Translations under genes and position numbers: made by a program
Origin: Mizuhopecten yessoensis
Lineage: Eukaryota
Reading direction: 5' to 3'
Assembly (NCBI RefSeq): GCF_002113885.1
Contig: NW_018407747.1
Coordinates: 457,654-521,653, forward strand
DNA length: 64,000 bases
Part shown: positions 38,401 to 53,400 of the stretch, one piece after another
Position numbering within the stretch: the stretch's first letter is position 1
Layout: each line of letters starts with the position of its first letter
The notes under the pieces: generated by a model
Database searches by the model: none
What the model saw: only the letters and a program-made list of their open reading frames with translations
What the model was told of the DNA's origin: nothing

Positions 38401-41400
38401 CAAGCTAAACTTATTCCAATATATTCTGCATGTACAACAGTGCATACTCGCTCTATCGTAGCTATGCTGTGCCTACAAAAACCTTCAGACATTCCTATAT
38501 TTCATACAAGACAAGAATGTGTACTTTATAATCTCCTAAGTGTTCTTGCATTTTGCCTTGTGGCAAACAAATTACCAAACAAGTGGAAGTCTTTACCATC
38601 AGGCTTATTAATATGACGTAGCGGCAGGTAAAAATGTAGACTTTGATGTGAAGAACTGGTTTAATGTCAAGGTCAGGAGGGGGTTTGATTTTTTACATAA
38701 TCAAAGTCACAGACATGCTTACATGCTTGATTTTTTTCTATAATCAAAGTCAAGAGTCATGCTTGATTTTTTTTCTTAAATACTCTTATCAAAAGGCTTC
38801 TAGGTAGTGTACATTAGGAAATATAACCTATTCCTATATTTTTTTATACAGTAATGTAGTTTGTCTAAAAAATGTAAATTTTATGAATTTCTGAGCAAGC
38901 TCTGCAGTCTAGGAGATGAATGTTCGGTATGTAGAGAACGTTGATATATCTTGATGTAAGAGTGTGAGTAATCCAGTGCAGAATCAATCATAAGATAATA
39001 TCACATCATAATCAGTTAATTATCATACACATCCTGAAGTGTATACAAATACTGTAACAGGTATGTAATGTAACATTAATCATCATGAGTAGTGTCCCGC
39101 CCACTCCAATCGCTACTGCATATATATCTCATTATTTTTTTTCACAACTTTATATATATGACATTATATGTGGATTCCGATGATGGAAGAAAACTTTGTT
39201 TACATCTTACTCTTACATACCAACACATCATTAAAATTCTCCGCATTTTTGTCAACTCAGCAATTTTCATTAAAAATGCAATTTTCTGTTTATCTAATAA
39301 CAAATGTATAACAGGTATTGCAAGGTCAGACCTAAACAAGACTGTGCATTGTGATAGTCGTGGATAGGAAATGTTTATAACAGACCCTTTACTTCTATCG
39401 ACAGGCTACAGTAGTCTAGGTCAAAATGTTGTCAAGTTTTGATTCCGCACGCGTAACAAATGTGGTTAACTTAGAGCTGAGCAGCCACCACATCGCTTAC
39501 AGGTTTCATAAGACATGGTCAAGTGGTCGGAAGTTTGACCGCAAACATTGCATGGCCACTGTTAAGTGGACGACAACAGTTAATTTTGCCACCCCTCACA
39601 GGAAACCACTCAGCAGCTTGAGGGACCATGGTCCTGTGGAACTGAAGTATACGCCTTGTGTTAACGAAAGCTGTTAAACTGACATTTACATAAACAACTA
39701 CTTACAACAACGGCTGGTAGAGTTCAGCTCGGACAAAAATATAATCGCTTTCATTAAAATGGTTCAATTTAAGCAAAAAAATCAAAACAGATTCAGAATA
39801 AAACCTATTCTGTTTTGTAAATTCTTGCTATTATTATTGCTATCCATTCTAATTGAACAAGATAAGTAACCACAAAAGTCAGTTTTATTTTTCAAACATT
39901 TATTATTTGGAGGCCAGAACAGACAGACAAAGCAGGTTACTACTGCAGTAAGTGGTTTTGAAGTTCGTTGTTTCAATGATATGCTTAGTGAAGATGTATT
40001 TCAAAGTCTTCGCCCCAAGTTCAGGCAGTTCACAGCACCCATAATATGACAAGAATTTGTGTGTGAAACTTACTTTTTATCAGACAGTTACATGTAAACA
40101 GGGGAGTCATCTAATGACGAGCCTATACTGCATGTATGTGCTTTCATATATCTGTGTGAAAATTTATAGTTATAGTCTCTGTAGCATGTCGCAGGCACCG
40201 CAAGATTGCATCGAATAGCATGATTGGATGAAATTTGCATTTATAATCTGCAGAGCCGTGGTACTGGCCAGGATATAGTATATTAAATAAAACTCACTGC
40301 AATAAAATGGTTAAAAAAAATATGAATTGGTTTGATACGACCAAGTAACGAACGTGTTGAACCACTGCACCAAAGGGTATGGGTTGGAACCCCAGCCAGA
40401 TTCCCTGTGTCCCGATGATGGTATTTTATGTAAATCAGTCTGAGTTAGAGCAGAAACAGGCCCCCATCTTCATCACAGTCCCAATTCTGCAGCTTCTAAG
40501 TGTACAATGTGGTATATTTGTGGACTGTTTGACAAACCTTGTACAACTCAAGACTGCTATAAGTGTTACAAAACTACAAATCAAAAAAGTCGGTTAAAAA
40601 GCTATTGAATTTATTTTCCCCACCTGTTTTAAAGTTTCACACAGGATATTCCCATCTATGACTAGTCAGTCCTAGACCAATTTCCATGCAAAAATTATAT
40701 TTTTTGAGGAATTGAAGACAGGTATCTGGCAAGGAATTTCGGGAATGTTTGACGAGCCATTGGAATGAACAGCAAGATAGATATTGATGTTTCGAACATA
40801 CGCCATCTCATCATCTTCCCCTAACCGATCATCTGTGTGGTCTAAATATAGCGTTTAGTGCAGGGAGTAATCTCCTGTGAACTATAAATACATGATTCCC
40901 TGGAGGTATGTAATGTCGGTAAGGATAGGGGATAGTCTCCTTTACAATGTATATATAGCAGACAGTACCTATTTATCATAAACTCAGGCCACAATCCAGT
41001 CATATAAAATAACACCAGAAGGTAAATTATACACGGGATCATCACCAAGGATGATGTCACATGGAATGAACTTATGTCGCATCTTAAAATTGAAGTTAAA
41101 ATTGAGGTATTTTCCTCTGATTTTTCCACTGATTTTTCATAAATGTAATCGTGTATTCTTTGTGTGAGTATGTGGTAAAACACGTCTCAATCCTGTTCCA
41201 ATACGATCCTACATTCTTATTAAAAACAACAGATAAAATTCATTTCTACAAGCTCCAAAACAATGGATTCTCCTCTGGTAAAATCTATAAAGAATACCCT
41301 TTCTGCGATTCAACCAGTTAATAACTTTTTACAAATGGAGGCTAACAAAATCTCAACTGTCTTCTAAAATATTTGTGCCATTTTATGTACTTCGTGGAGA

Positions 41401-44400
41401 TGTTGTTCTGGTGACGTATCAGATTGACGCTATAATGGCTTAATGAATTATATCATTTACAAATTGACGCTGTTACAAAGGTTTTACAACAACCGCAGGA
41501 CGACATTTTTTTGTGAATCATGTTTACAAATATTATCATAATACAGACAAAACAACATTGCAGACATTTGTTTCTATTTCAGAAAACATGGCTTCCGAAA
41601 TAAAAATTCTTGTAACCTACACTAAAATTCCGGTTATCTGATATAAATCACCGCCTTGCTTAACAGCTAAGTTCAAGGCGTACTTGTGCAAAACACAGTC
41701 TGTCTAGTAAAGAAGACATTTAAACAAATCTTCAAGCAACATCAAAATCACACTCAGAGACCCCCTACCTACAGATAAGCAGGCCTAAGAACTGTTCCGA
41801 CTGCACACTGGTGCATAAAGTTTGGGCATCAGAAGTAGATTCAACTCTGAATTGACCCATCAGACCACACACTGTCACTGCCTAATACGAGAATGATGCG
41901 TTCATACGCCACATGTGAATTTTCCCTGTATTGAATTGTGAACATGGTATATGCATCGTATGTGCAGCATAACACCCAAAGTTAAGAGAGCTGTATGACT
42001 CCCTGCACGGTTGACTTGCGATTACAATAAATTCTGGTTGTGTGACCGTGTGTACATGTCTGTCACTGATACAAACATCCTCGTGGATTTTATATTATCT
42101 ACAAGATGTTGATAAAAACGTGCTCACATGCACAATTGAAACTAAATTATACTTAAAGCCGAACTCAATATATTTATCAAAGATAAGCTTGGATGATTAA
42201 TCGACTATAGGATAGCAACTAGCAGCTAGTGTTGTTAGCAACAAAACACCTGCAAATGAAAACATTTCATGTTCAAGTTTGTGTTCTGAGGCTAAGGTAA
42301 GAACAGAAAATCTTGTCCCGCGAAATCCATTTCGAAACCAGACATCTTTTGACGATCAAAATGGATGTTTATTTAGAAGACACGGTTTCGCTTTTAGAAT
42401 TGCTTTTAGACCTATCGGGCGCATTTTGGGGGAGGACTAGCAGTTGTTGTCGTCTAATACACGGCAAGTACTTGAGTACCACGGCCCCTCCCCACTAAGA
42501 ACCCCAGACACTTGAGTACCATACCAAAAGATAAGAAACGTACAATTTTACCGAACATTTCACTCTTCCTCGCGGTGGGAGGTATACATACAAACAGTCT
42601 GTTGAGATGAGGAGCTGAAGGACACCTGTACTCTGTATCTGACATTTATATGATCACAGATACATGCAAGTATGCATCCCTGCACCACTNCCCCCACAGA
42701 TTCTTATCATCAGGTGGTGGCTCGTAGCTCTGCACATTTTCTGGCATTTCAAATTATGATTCATACAAATAAAAAAAATACAGGTGGTTTTCATGCTGGC
42801 TTTTGATGTTTACTGTTGTAAATTTTGTTTACATTGTGTCTATAACCATTTTTTCAATGTTTATTTACAGCACAAAAGGGACGGGAAGTGCAAACATTAC
42901 ACAACCCTCTATGACAGAATTATGTAATCAAAACGTTACAGAAATTTCAAAATAACAAAATCTGCTTTTATGTCATTCAAAATATTTAGGAATTTTTAAA
43001 TAATTGGATGGTAGAATTAATATTTCATAATTACATCAATTTCACTTCTATAATTGAGCAGGCCATAGCAAAATAAACAACAGAGCACGTTTAAATCCAC
43101 TATGTATGAGAAAGAATACAGCTATACTGTGTTTATTTTCAGCTATTGAAATTCACACCCCCAGCAATTTATACAATCGTAAAAACTACCAGGAATTTGA
43201 TCACTTTCCTCTCAAACCTTGTTAATCTATTCATTCAAAACATCCTGAGGACCATACGAATAACACAAAGCAGAGCGGAATTGTCCATACATGCCCTGGG
43301 GGAAATACTTCATAAATAGTGATAGGATTTGATACCTGGACTGATGACAGCATTCTGAAACAACAACCTGTCATTTAACCATGTAGTAAATGTGTATAAA
43401 TTCAGGTGTCATGAAACTGAAAAAATTTCAAACATGTAAAGATGTAAGTAACAGAGAAAATTTGATGTCATTTACTTGGCACGGGATGTCAATTAAATGG
43501 GAATGGGACATTGCATGATTACATAGAATCTTGAGTATACATCTCAAAATCTGTTTGTTTTTTTAAATTGTCAATCAATAAAACTATGAAATTCTAAGTC
43601 TATTTGAACATAAATGTCAGATGTATCTTATTTTCTCTTCATCAAAACCAGGCATATTTCAGATAATAGCAAAAAACTTGTTTACAATAAATATCAAGTA
43701 ACTGCAATCTTTACACCATGGCAGAAAATTGTCTAATCTGGAAATATGAAGAAATAAGATGATTAATGTGAAGATGTTTCCTTATGCTAAATACATATGT
43801 AAAATATTAAGCATCATATTTCGAGAATCTACAGCTTTTCCCCCTATAGCAAATCATGGATTATTCCATCTCCTTATTTAATGTTATCATAATGGATGGT
43901 TCCATTACATTTAACAAGGGAAGGCAAGTACTGATGGGGACCAAAAAAATTCTAACAGAATCCATATGACTGCAAAATTAAGTGTTACAATAAATTACGA
44001 AACTGATTTACCGGTAAACACTCTTGTTATAGCGGACACATGTTATGCAGATAATTTACGGGTGAAAAATTGGCATACTTGGAAAATTTGATGATAGTAG
44101 TCTATTACCAACAGATGTAATGAAACTTAACAGATTAGATTGTAACACTCCATTGCTTCTCCAGTAAATTACGTTAGGAATGTTTGATAGCGCATGAACA
44201 ACTACAAAAAAATTACAACTTAGACTGAAAATTGCTTTAACTGAAAAGGTGTATACAAGTCTAATTTTGATGAAATAAAATTGACCAGTCAAATAAAATC
44301 ATCTTAAAATCATCATTTAGTCATCTTAAGAAATTCTTGGAATAATTCATTTCTATATGTTCCATCGAATTGTAAATTTGGAAAATACTAAGAATCCATA

Positions 44401-47400
44401 AATAAAAAACACGTTTTCATGATGACCAGAAAACAAGTTAATGAACTTCATAACTTCAATATTAAGTAAAACAAAACAATTGATAAATATAAGCTAAAAT
44501 ATTAACCCTTCAGGACAAAATTAGAAATAAAAGTTGGACAAGAACCAATTCAACACCAAATCAAACAGTAAGGCACCATATGAACCATCAGAAAACCGCA
44601 GGCTGAACCAGGAAGTCTGATAGGTTGTAAGATAGCTGTACCAGACGAACCCGAGTCTGAACTTCGAAATGTACATAATGTTCATCTCCTTGGCATATTT
44701 ACTTATGTACAGTCAAGTTAGTTATGTTTTTTGCGGGGGGGAAGCAAAAATTCCACTTTCTCTGTCTTTCAGACAATTTAATCGTGTTTACACTATAAAA
44801 GCTAAGGAGAGAGTAAATGTGATGCTTACGAAGATACAGCCGTGTTTATCTACACTCAGGGTGACCAGGAAACGCTAACTTTTATGTTATGATGAGGAGT
44901 AACATTTCAGGATGAATGCCAATTTCGACCCAACTCTCAGGTCATAGAGCTCAGACGTTCTCAGAGCTTTCTTATCTTGCTGAAAAACCTCAGCATGTGC
45001 AAGGATCGAAATAAACACATTACAAGGTTGTCTCAAGTATTTTTACCTTGTAAGATTACAATCTACAAATCTATCGTGAATTTTGTAACTTTCCTGTACA
45101 AGCAGTCAGAAACAAAGTTAACCATCGGAAAACATTGGCAGATGGACAGAATGTTTGTCTAGTTAGCCACCATGTTTTTGCAACTCATAACTTGGTAGGT
45201 TCCATTAATGGCCAGTAATTTTTTTCTTCTAATAACCTTCAGGTATAATTCTGAGCAAAACTCATTATTATTTCCGACAAATTTGTCTTAACATGTCTAA
45301 TCTAGGTGGGTTTTTTTTGATGATCTGAAGCATTTTATGCTACTTGTGATGCAATTGCACAAATGAATCTGTCTTACAAAAGAGAAGTTATACATATAGA
45401 TATACAGAAATAATGATTGCTCCCCAGCAGGTATTCAAATCACTACAAATAAGGACTTTTCCCTGACGCATTGTTATTGACAGTGGTCACACAATGACTG
45501 GACACTGCCCCTGGGGGGTCATCCTAATCTGTTCCTGGTGGTCACTTATCAATAAACCCACACTCTGAATGACGGACAACAGCGTTATACTGCCATTAAA
45601 TTAGCCGCCTGCTCACCATCGAAGGACAGACCAACAAATAAAAACATTGTAAAATTGTTCTGGGAATGGAAAGGATATAATAAAAAGAAAACAACATTAT
45701 CAGCAGTTCTCATGGTTTTTTTTGCTATGGTTAGCCTGACATATGTCAATCGGACCTGATAGACACAGTGGGTGACAGATTTTCTTTTAAGACTCATGAT
45801 CTATTTTTGAGTAGTAGATGTACTATACAAGTACTGTATTTTGATATCGCCAGACGAATTAAGTCTGAATTTCCACATAACTTACTTTAATGTACACAAA
45901 TTTTTTATGTGGGGAACAGGATATTCAAGCAAAACCAGTTTGGTGTAAGTTTAAGCTTATAGCCACTGCTTGGATTGATACAAGATCACTGACCTATCAA
46001 AATGATCTGATTTACATTTCACTAGAATAAATTTCATATTTTCAAGTTTGATTTTTCACAAAAGCGTTACACCACCACCTGCCTGTGTTTATAAACTTTT
46101 AACATCGAAATACATGTATATACTTTTGGAAAATTAAGTTTGGAAAAAGATTTGAACATGAAACATCATTTTGTAACTCGGCGCCATTCTGTTTGTTCAT
46201 AGATTATTAACCTTACAAAAAAGTATAAATATACATTGCACAAAATCCAGAATGAAACCATTCAACATTTCTTATCAAACACGGAGCCATTTTCATCTAC
46301 TTCACGCCGAGTTAGCTCCAGTTTATGTAAGTTTGTAAAAAATTGAACCTACAAGTCTATACGTGGGTAATCAATTACATTGATCTGACAACGTCATACT
46401 GTGTGCCCTTTGCCTGAAGTAGACCCATTCACTGACTTCTACTCCTTGATTCAACATTATGGATCACCCTTTTTATCAAATAAAATGTTCTTGTGTGATA
46501 AAACAAAACGTTTATTGACATGAGCGTCCTCAATTAAAATCTGATTTAGAAAATGCCAACAGCAGTTGAAAATGATTTGTATAGCCATCCTCGATAACGT
46601 AAGTGGGCGCATTTGTTTTAAAAGGCTAGAATGCTCAAAAGTGATGAGGCCTATTTCACTTTCTGTTAAGTTTGAAGACACTCATTTTGTAAACATGTCT
46701 TTTCGTGTGATGCACTGTTGAGAAATGAAATGCGACAAGATGAGAACGAATGACCTTGTCTATGATTGGACACATGAGTGACAGGTTAGACAAAACAATG
46801 TCACGTTGACTCGGACTTATCCGATCACCTGATTTCACTGACCACTACGGAACACCTCGTTAATGATACACACCTGAAAATGCAGGTGTAATCAGTACAG
46901 GTAAAGCACCTTTTACTGTTCCTTTTGTGGTCTCTTAATTGCAACGGTCAGTAAATTTAGGAATGGCTTATACTTAAGACCATTCAGTGGTCAGTACACA
47001 TGGAACTGTGAATGACCAATAACAACCCTTGCCTGGAGGATAAGAAGAGTATATCGGCATAGAGTACTCCCTGTATTTCACTGTCAGATATATTAATTAC
47101 ACTTGCTCTGTTTTTCCAAGCCCTATATGGACCTCCATACATTTATGCACTAGAATTGTTTATTATAAACAATTAAGTGACAATTGCAAGTGGCTGCCGT
47201 GACAGAGGTCAATTCTATACCGATCTAGTAAAATTTTAATTAAAAGTGGCAGAAATTCTTCTGGCCTTCTACAGTTGGATGAAACTGATCATGAAATATA
47301 AATTCCAGTCTATGTAGATTTCATTATATGTGTGAAGGGATTAAGTGAATGTGACATTATCTGATAAGTTCAGTTCATATATAATCCGAACCAAATATTT

Positions 47401-50400
47401 GCTGCAGAAAGCGAAGATATCAGATTTTAATTAAAAGTTTGTAATAGGCTGAAAACACACTATAGATCTACGGCTGATGTGGTAAAAAATCAAAATATAG
47501 AATTATCGAACATTCAGCATAGTGATTCTGACCACATTCACATGTAGTGCAATTTTGTAAGGGAGCAGGACTGAAGCCTGAATGTATTGCAAGGTTATGG
47601 GTGTGGCAATCCGATGCTAACCGGTGTGTGCTCCTGATATTTCTACCTGTAGGTGATACTAGAGCTAGGACAGCACAACACCATAAATCTAATATACATG
47701 TCAAACATTTCTCTGCTTGACCTAGCTCAAGGTATCTCCTATCTCCCCACATAAATTAAAATCTGCCCCACAGTCAAATCCCTGTATGATCCAAACAGAT
47801 TGTGATAGCGATGATCTAGGTTTGAATCATCTGAATGTAGAAAGGATTTATCAAAACCTATAACTTCTCATCAACAATTTCATAAAAACACAATTCAACT
47901 TCATGAAGACAATTCTGAAACATTTTCATCACCGATAATTCTTGATGATTTGACAATTTGAATAAACTGCCAGTGGAGGTCTCTAATCAAAACAATGTTA
48001 AACTTGTTTAACGTTTGACTGCATAAGTATAACAGGGGAGTAAAGATACAGGTTTGTAAGCACTGCTACTAAGCTATGTACATTTATTTGTATATTGTCA
48101 ACACCTAATTACTGATCTGAAACTTGATAAACGCACTAAAGTTGTGAATCGGATGCCGAGAAGGGAGAAGCCCATCATCGCTGTAGTTTAATGTTCTCCC
48201 CAGAAACTGCTGCTCTGCAGTTTCATTCATACGCTACATATGAACATTTAAAATGTCTTTGTAGCTTTAGCAATAAAATTCATAAATAATTCAATAGCTT
48301 AAGTATGAATAAAAAAAAAATACTTTAGTGTTACCACTGAACCAATTTCAATGAAGCTGGCGTGGAAAAAAAACAACCCGACAAGGCCTGTCTGACAAGA
48401 CAGAATAATTTAATTTTATATATATATTTTTTCCAGTTTGCCCTACATGCAAGTTACAGTCATTAATTCATCTTCTGGTCAAATCTACCTAAGATGGAAG
48501 TCTGCAGGCGAGAAACATTTTCATAATAAAGACATTTTTTGGAGTCAAAATCTCCTTCTGGATGTCTGAGCTAGGCAAATGATCATCTTACAAATATGCA
48601 CTTTTACTTAATACAAAACCATCCCATCGTCACTTTGATAAACTTAATTACAAGGCCAGATAAAACATCAAAGATCATTGAAAAAAGAATTCTTCCGAAA
48701 GCCAAAGCCCTAATATAGTCGGCAAGGTGTCCGTCAGTGGAATCCAGCATAGCACGGTAGCTATCATTTGGTCATAAAATCTAAGGGTTGAGAAAAAAAC
48801 TATGGCACTATACGAATTCAGAAAAGACAGACTAAATTCCCAGGTCGGAGTGTATTTGAGGTGAAGGTTGACAGTCAGGTAGGCTTGCACGCTGTTTGTA
48901 TTTACTCCACTGGTATAATGGGTATTGACATAAGCTTAAAGGATAAGACAGGGAAAGCCGGATATACATACATTAAACTGGTATCAATAGTCTCCCAACC
49001 CAAGTGTCCAAGTGTCAGCAAGAAAAAGTATTATTTTGTTATGTTATCATAATGAAGGAAGATTTGAAAGGTGGCCAAACCTTCGTTTGTTTGTTGGAAG
49101 TAATCTTGAGGCAGATATCTGTTGCCTCATGATGAGGTCAGCGTGAGATTTTTACAACCTTTCGTCTTACAGAAGGTTGTAAAAAACAGAAACAGAACTT
49201 TTTGATGACCATGCAGCATCAGTTCGACCGAAAGCAAACATGTTAGCGTAACAACTTCACATTATCGTAGATATTACTACAAAGAAGGCCATACCTACAA
49301 CAATCACCTTCCTATGTCCCTGACAATATATCCTACTTTTTGTTTGCCAAGTCTCACAACTTCATTTTACGTTAATTCTTACTGCTTTGTCCATAAACCA
49401 CTGAATTAGCAGAAATTTGTGCCTCTTTGTTCTTACAATAACTAACAGTACAAGTTTCCATTTGGCTAATATTTTCTTGGTAGAACTCATAATGACGCAC
49501 AAAGCACAATAACACACATATTTGAAACTTCTGATATAATTTTCTCTTGTCATTTTTTTTTTATATATAAAACCAAGACAATACTAGATTGATCATTGAA
49601 TACTTTTGTACAGTTTGGAAGTTGTAAATATAAATAGCTATACATTCATATTTCATGAAAATATCATATCTTACAATCACTACACCTATATATACTTAAA
49701 ATCAACTCCAGATAACATGTAAGAAGGTGTGTCGAAAATAATCAGGTCTACTGAATCAAAGTTGGGAGATGATTTTGAGATATTTTTGTAAGAAACACGG
49801 AAAACATATTGACTTTGGTGTGGCAATTCCATGTGTAGCTGTCGGAACATCAAACGTAAAAAGGGTGGAGTGAGGTAGTACGGGTTACAGTAACCAAGGG
49901 GTTACAAACCTCCATCCACAGGAGAGCTTCAATTAGCCACAGTTAAATGATACCACAAGGTGGGGCAGAAGGGGGAGAAGAAAGTGGGGAGTCTTCAATG
50001 ATAAAAACAGAAGACGGCAATGATAACTCATTATTCATCAAATCAGGAGATTGCTCAGTAGGGTAAAACCACAGTAAAAGAATATTGATGAATTTCGCAT
50101 AAACTTTTGCTAAATAATTGAGGAGAACAGGTTTTCGATGCAACTGATGTCCGACTTTTAAACACAAAAGCGAATAGGTTATACATATTCTATAGATAGT
50201 AAGTAACAGCAGTTCAGCTGGCGATCTGTCATTTACAACGCATCTGAATTTGCACTGTTATCTAAAATAATAAAAACAGAACTGGATTGATATGATAAAT
50301 GCAGCACTGTCTGCAATCTCATACAACCTCCGTTTAATGTCTGCCATTGTAAGCAGGGCCACCAGATGGCTTCTCATACAATAACAGAGACAGAATGAGA

Positions 50401-53400
50401 AATGTAGGATTTTGACCTGAAAATAATCCCCCCCCACCCAACCCAATCCCCAATCAACTTATCTATCCCATATGTATATTTACAAACACAAGGAAAATCA
50501 TTTACCTCTAAAACCTGTGTGTTAACTTTCTGGGAGTACTTTATGGTTGGAATGGAAGATGTCATTGTTTGGCTGAGGGGTTGGAGGATGAAAATGTCAG
50601 ATTGACATGATCTGTCAGCTGCAGAGAACTCACAAAGTTCAAAGGTTATACAAAAACCATTGTAAAAAACATTTGACATCGGAGATATCAAAACTTCTGA
50701 TAAAAAGTTTCACACAAATCTCTACTGCCAATGACACAACAGTATCATATTTCTTTCGTATTTCTTCTTCATTTCTTTAACGTTTCTTTTACAGAAGATG
50801 AATTCAAGATGAGCGTGAAACTCCCATAAATCAACCAATAGGATTTCACCTTTCCATATAACTATGACAACCAAAGTAATATGACATGCTGTTGCGACAT
50901 TCCAAGGCATGGAACAGCCGCCTGGTGAACATCTCTATTATCTGACTCGGCTCTATTATCTGACTCTATTATCTGACTCGGCTCTATTATCTGACTTGGG
51001 TGCAGACATTGCAGTGATTATAATCTAAACAGCAGTACAGAATCCCCACTTGAAACACCAGTAAAGCTTTTAAAATGTTCCAAGTTTTTTGGAAACAAAC
51101 TGTCGATACATATGTTTGAACATTAATGTTCTCGTATATATGGTCCAGGGTCTACATAGAAGAGTTCTTTAAATACAGTTACAGTACATGTGACCTCAAA
51201 ACCAGAATCACGAAACATATATGCATTTGTATGACTTATGATGAAAATGTTTTCATGTCTTTGAAAAGTTATGCTCAAGAAGGCCAAGTTGAAGAAAATA
51301 TTCGTGAATTCTAGTTACGATTTTGCCGAGTACATTTTAAATGTACAAATCTGGTAATGTTCACCTCAATGTTACTTCACATGACGTCCTAGACTGTCAA
51401 CTAAAAAACTGACAGTAATGATATGTTTTTCCACATTAACGTCGCAGTTTGTGTGGCGGTAATCAATTTACGGAGCCGTGGTAACATACGATACACACCT
51501 GTCGGCCATGGCACCACGGAGATAATGAATCTAGCCGTATATAACTACAGTAGACCGGCCATATATCACCCTGCTCTGTCCAGGGTTGTCAATGAACACA
51601 GAAACAAATTAACATTTTTATCTTACAGGAGATAGGAAAACACGTTTTAATCAATCAGGTAATTACTCGCAGGAAAACAACATTTCCTGACAAGTAATAA
51701 TAAAAACAGAAAGATCTATCCCATAATTTCTTAATCAGCAATTACATGGATCTATGGTCATGTATCTATTTCCAGTCCGAACGTAAAATTCCTTTGAAAT
51801 TAGAAAAAAATCCATAAAAATTGTATTCCATATAAAACACTAATTTATGCAAAATGCTAGAGTTTCCTTTTAGGAGTATCTTAATTTTGTACTAAAAGAA
51901 ATTTTTGCTGAAATCTAAATCTTTATTTTTTTTTATACATTCTTCTAGAAGGTTGTGATATGGATTGGTGAATCATTTTTGGAGGTCAGAGAAATTCACC
52001 TTTAAATGGTTTTATCTTGTGTATGCCTCATATAATGTACCCTAGAAACCTAATTACACCTTAGCTTCTTCACACTTTAGTCATGTGGTTGTCAGGGCGA
52101 CGGGTGTTGGAGTTCCATTTGCCAGGGGATGCTGGTTAGTAACAAACGTGATGTCATATCAGGTGTGGTCAGTTTGGTGTCACAGGACGGGTGAGAAACG
52201 GTGTGTCGGTCCGGTACATCGTAGGTAAGGTGTGACACAACAGTGTACAATGACCAGTGATCAGCTGGTCAGCTGACCAGGTGTCCAGGTAAACAGAAAA
52301 CAGCCGGTGACATAAAATATAAATAGCACATTACAAGATATAGGTGCAAGACAAAAACTACTCATAAATGGCCTTATTTTCTCTCTAAGATTGCAGGGAA
52401 GGCCTTCCTGTCTTATAAACCTTTAAAACTGCTTCCATTTCAGGAAACTCCTTTTACTGAAATAATACCATAATTGTGTAAAAAAATAGATTGTAAAGCA
52501 TATGTATTGCTATATCTTACAACCAAACACTAGTCTCTACACGAACTCTTTTGAATTCACTGAAACTCAATTTTATGATATTCTCAACACCAATCTCCAA
52601 CTCAAAATAACACTGACATCAAAAACCTAATATTCATGACAAAAGTGATTTTCCTCGTTGAAAATTAGTGACAAGCAACAGACTGACCCGTGCGGAAACA
52701 TTAAGTTTTCCAGACGAAAGATTCCACATAATTTCCACTCTCTTCGATCATCTACTTATGCGGAGCTAAATAGCCATACCATTACCATGAACTTTTACAT
52801 GTAGACGAGATTAGCCCTCATTAGGACAATTTTCACCTTTTTAGTTTAACCTACAGGCCCATGCTAATAGTGTCTGTCCATTGTAGCTTATCATTATATC
52901 AAAACAGCATGGTATTGAGGGGTAAAAAGCGCTAAATTTCGCAGTTATGATATGGGGTAGGGTTACAAAATAGCTCTACTGTAGCCAGGGGGTGGATTCA
53001 AACCTCAGGTGTTTCAACATTTCCCTAGGTCTGGAGTTTACCTGTGTTACAAAATACAGGTAGATTTAATATTGAACACATTGGCTTGGGTGTATTAACA
53101 CTGAAACTTGGTTTCGTCTAGCCAGCAGGTAACACACCTTTTCGCAGCATAAAGGTGAATTACCTTTCAAACTTAACTGGTTTAATATTTAAACACCATG
53201 GTTGTGGGATTACCAGTGATGTATAGACCAAAGGAAATTGAATCTTTACAAATAGAACCTCATCACTCATCTCTTGGCACTACCCACACAATGACCTTTA
53301 CCTCTGACAAGTGACCTTGACCTTCATGGAAACTCAATCCAGACTGACATAACAACCAAACTTTTACCACAAGGCAAACATTACGTCCTGTCACCCCTAC

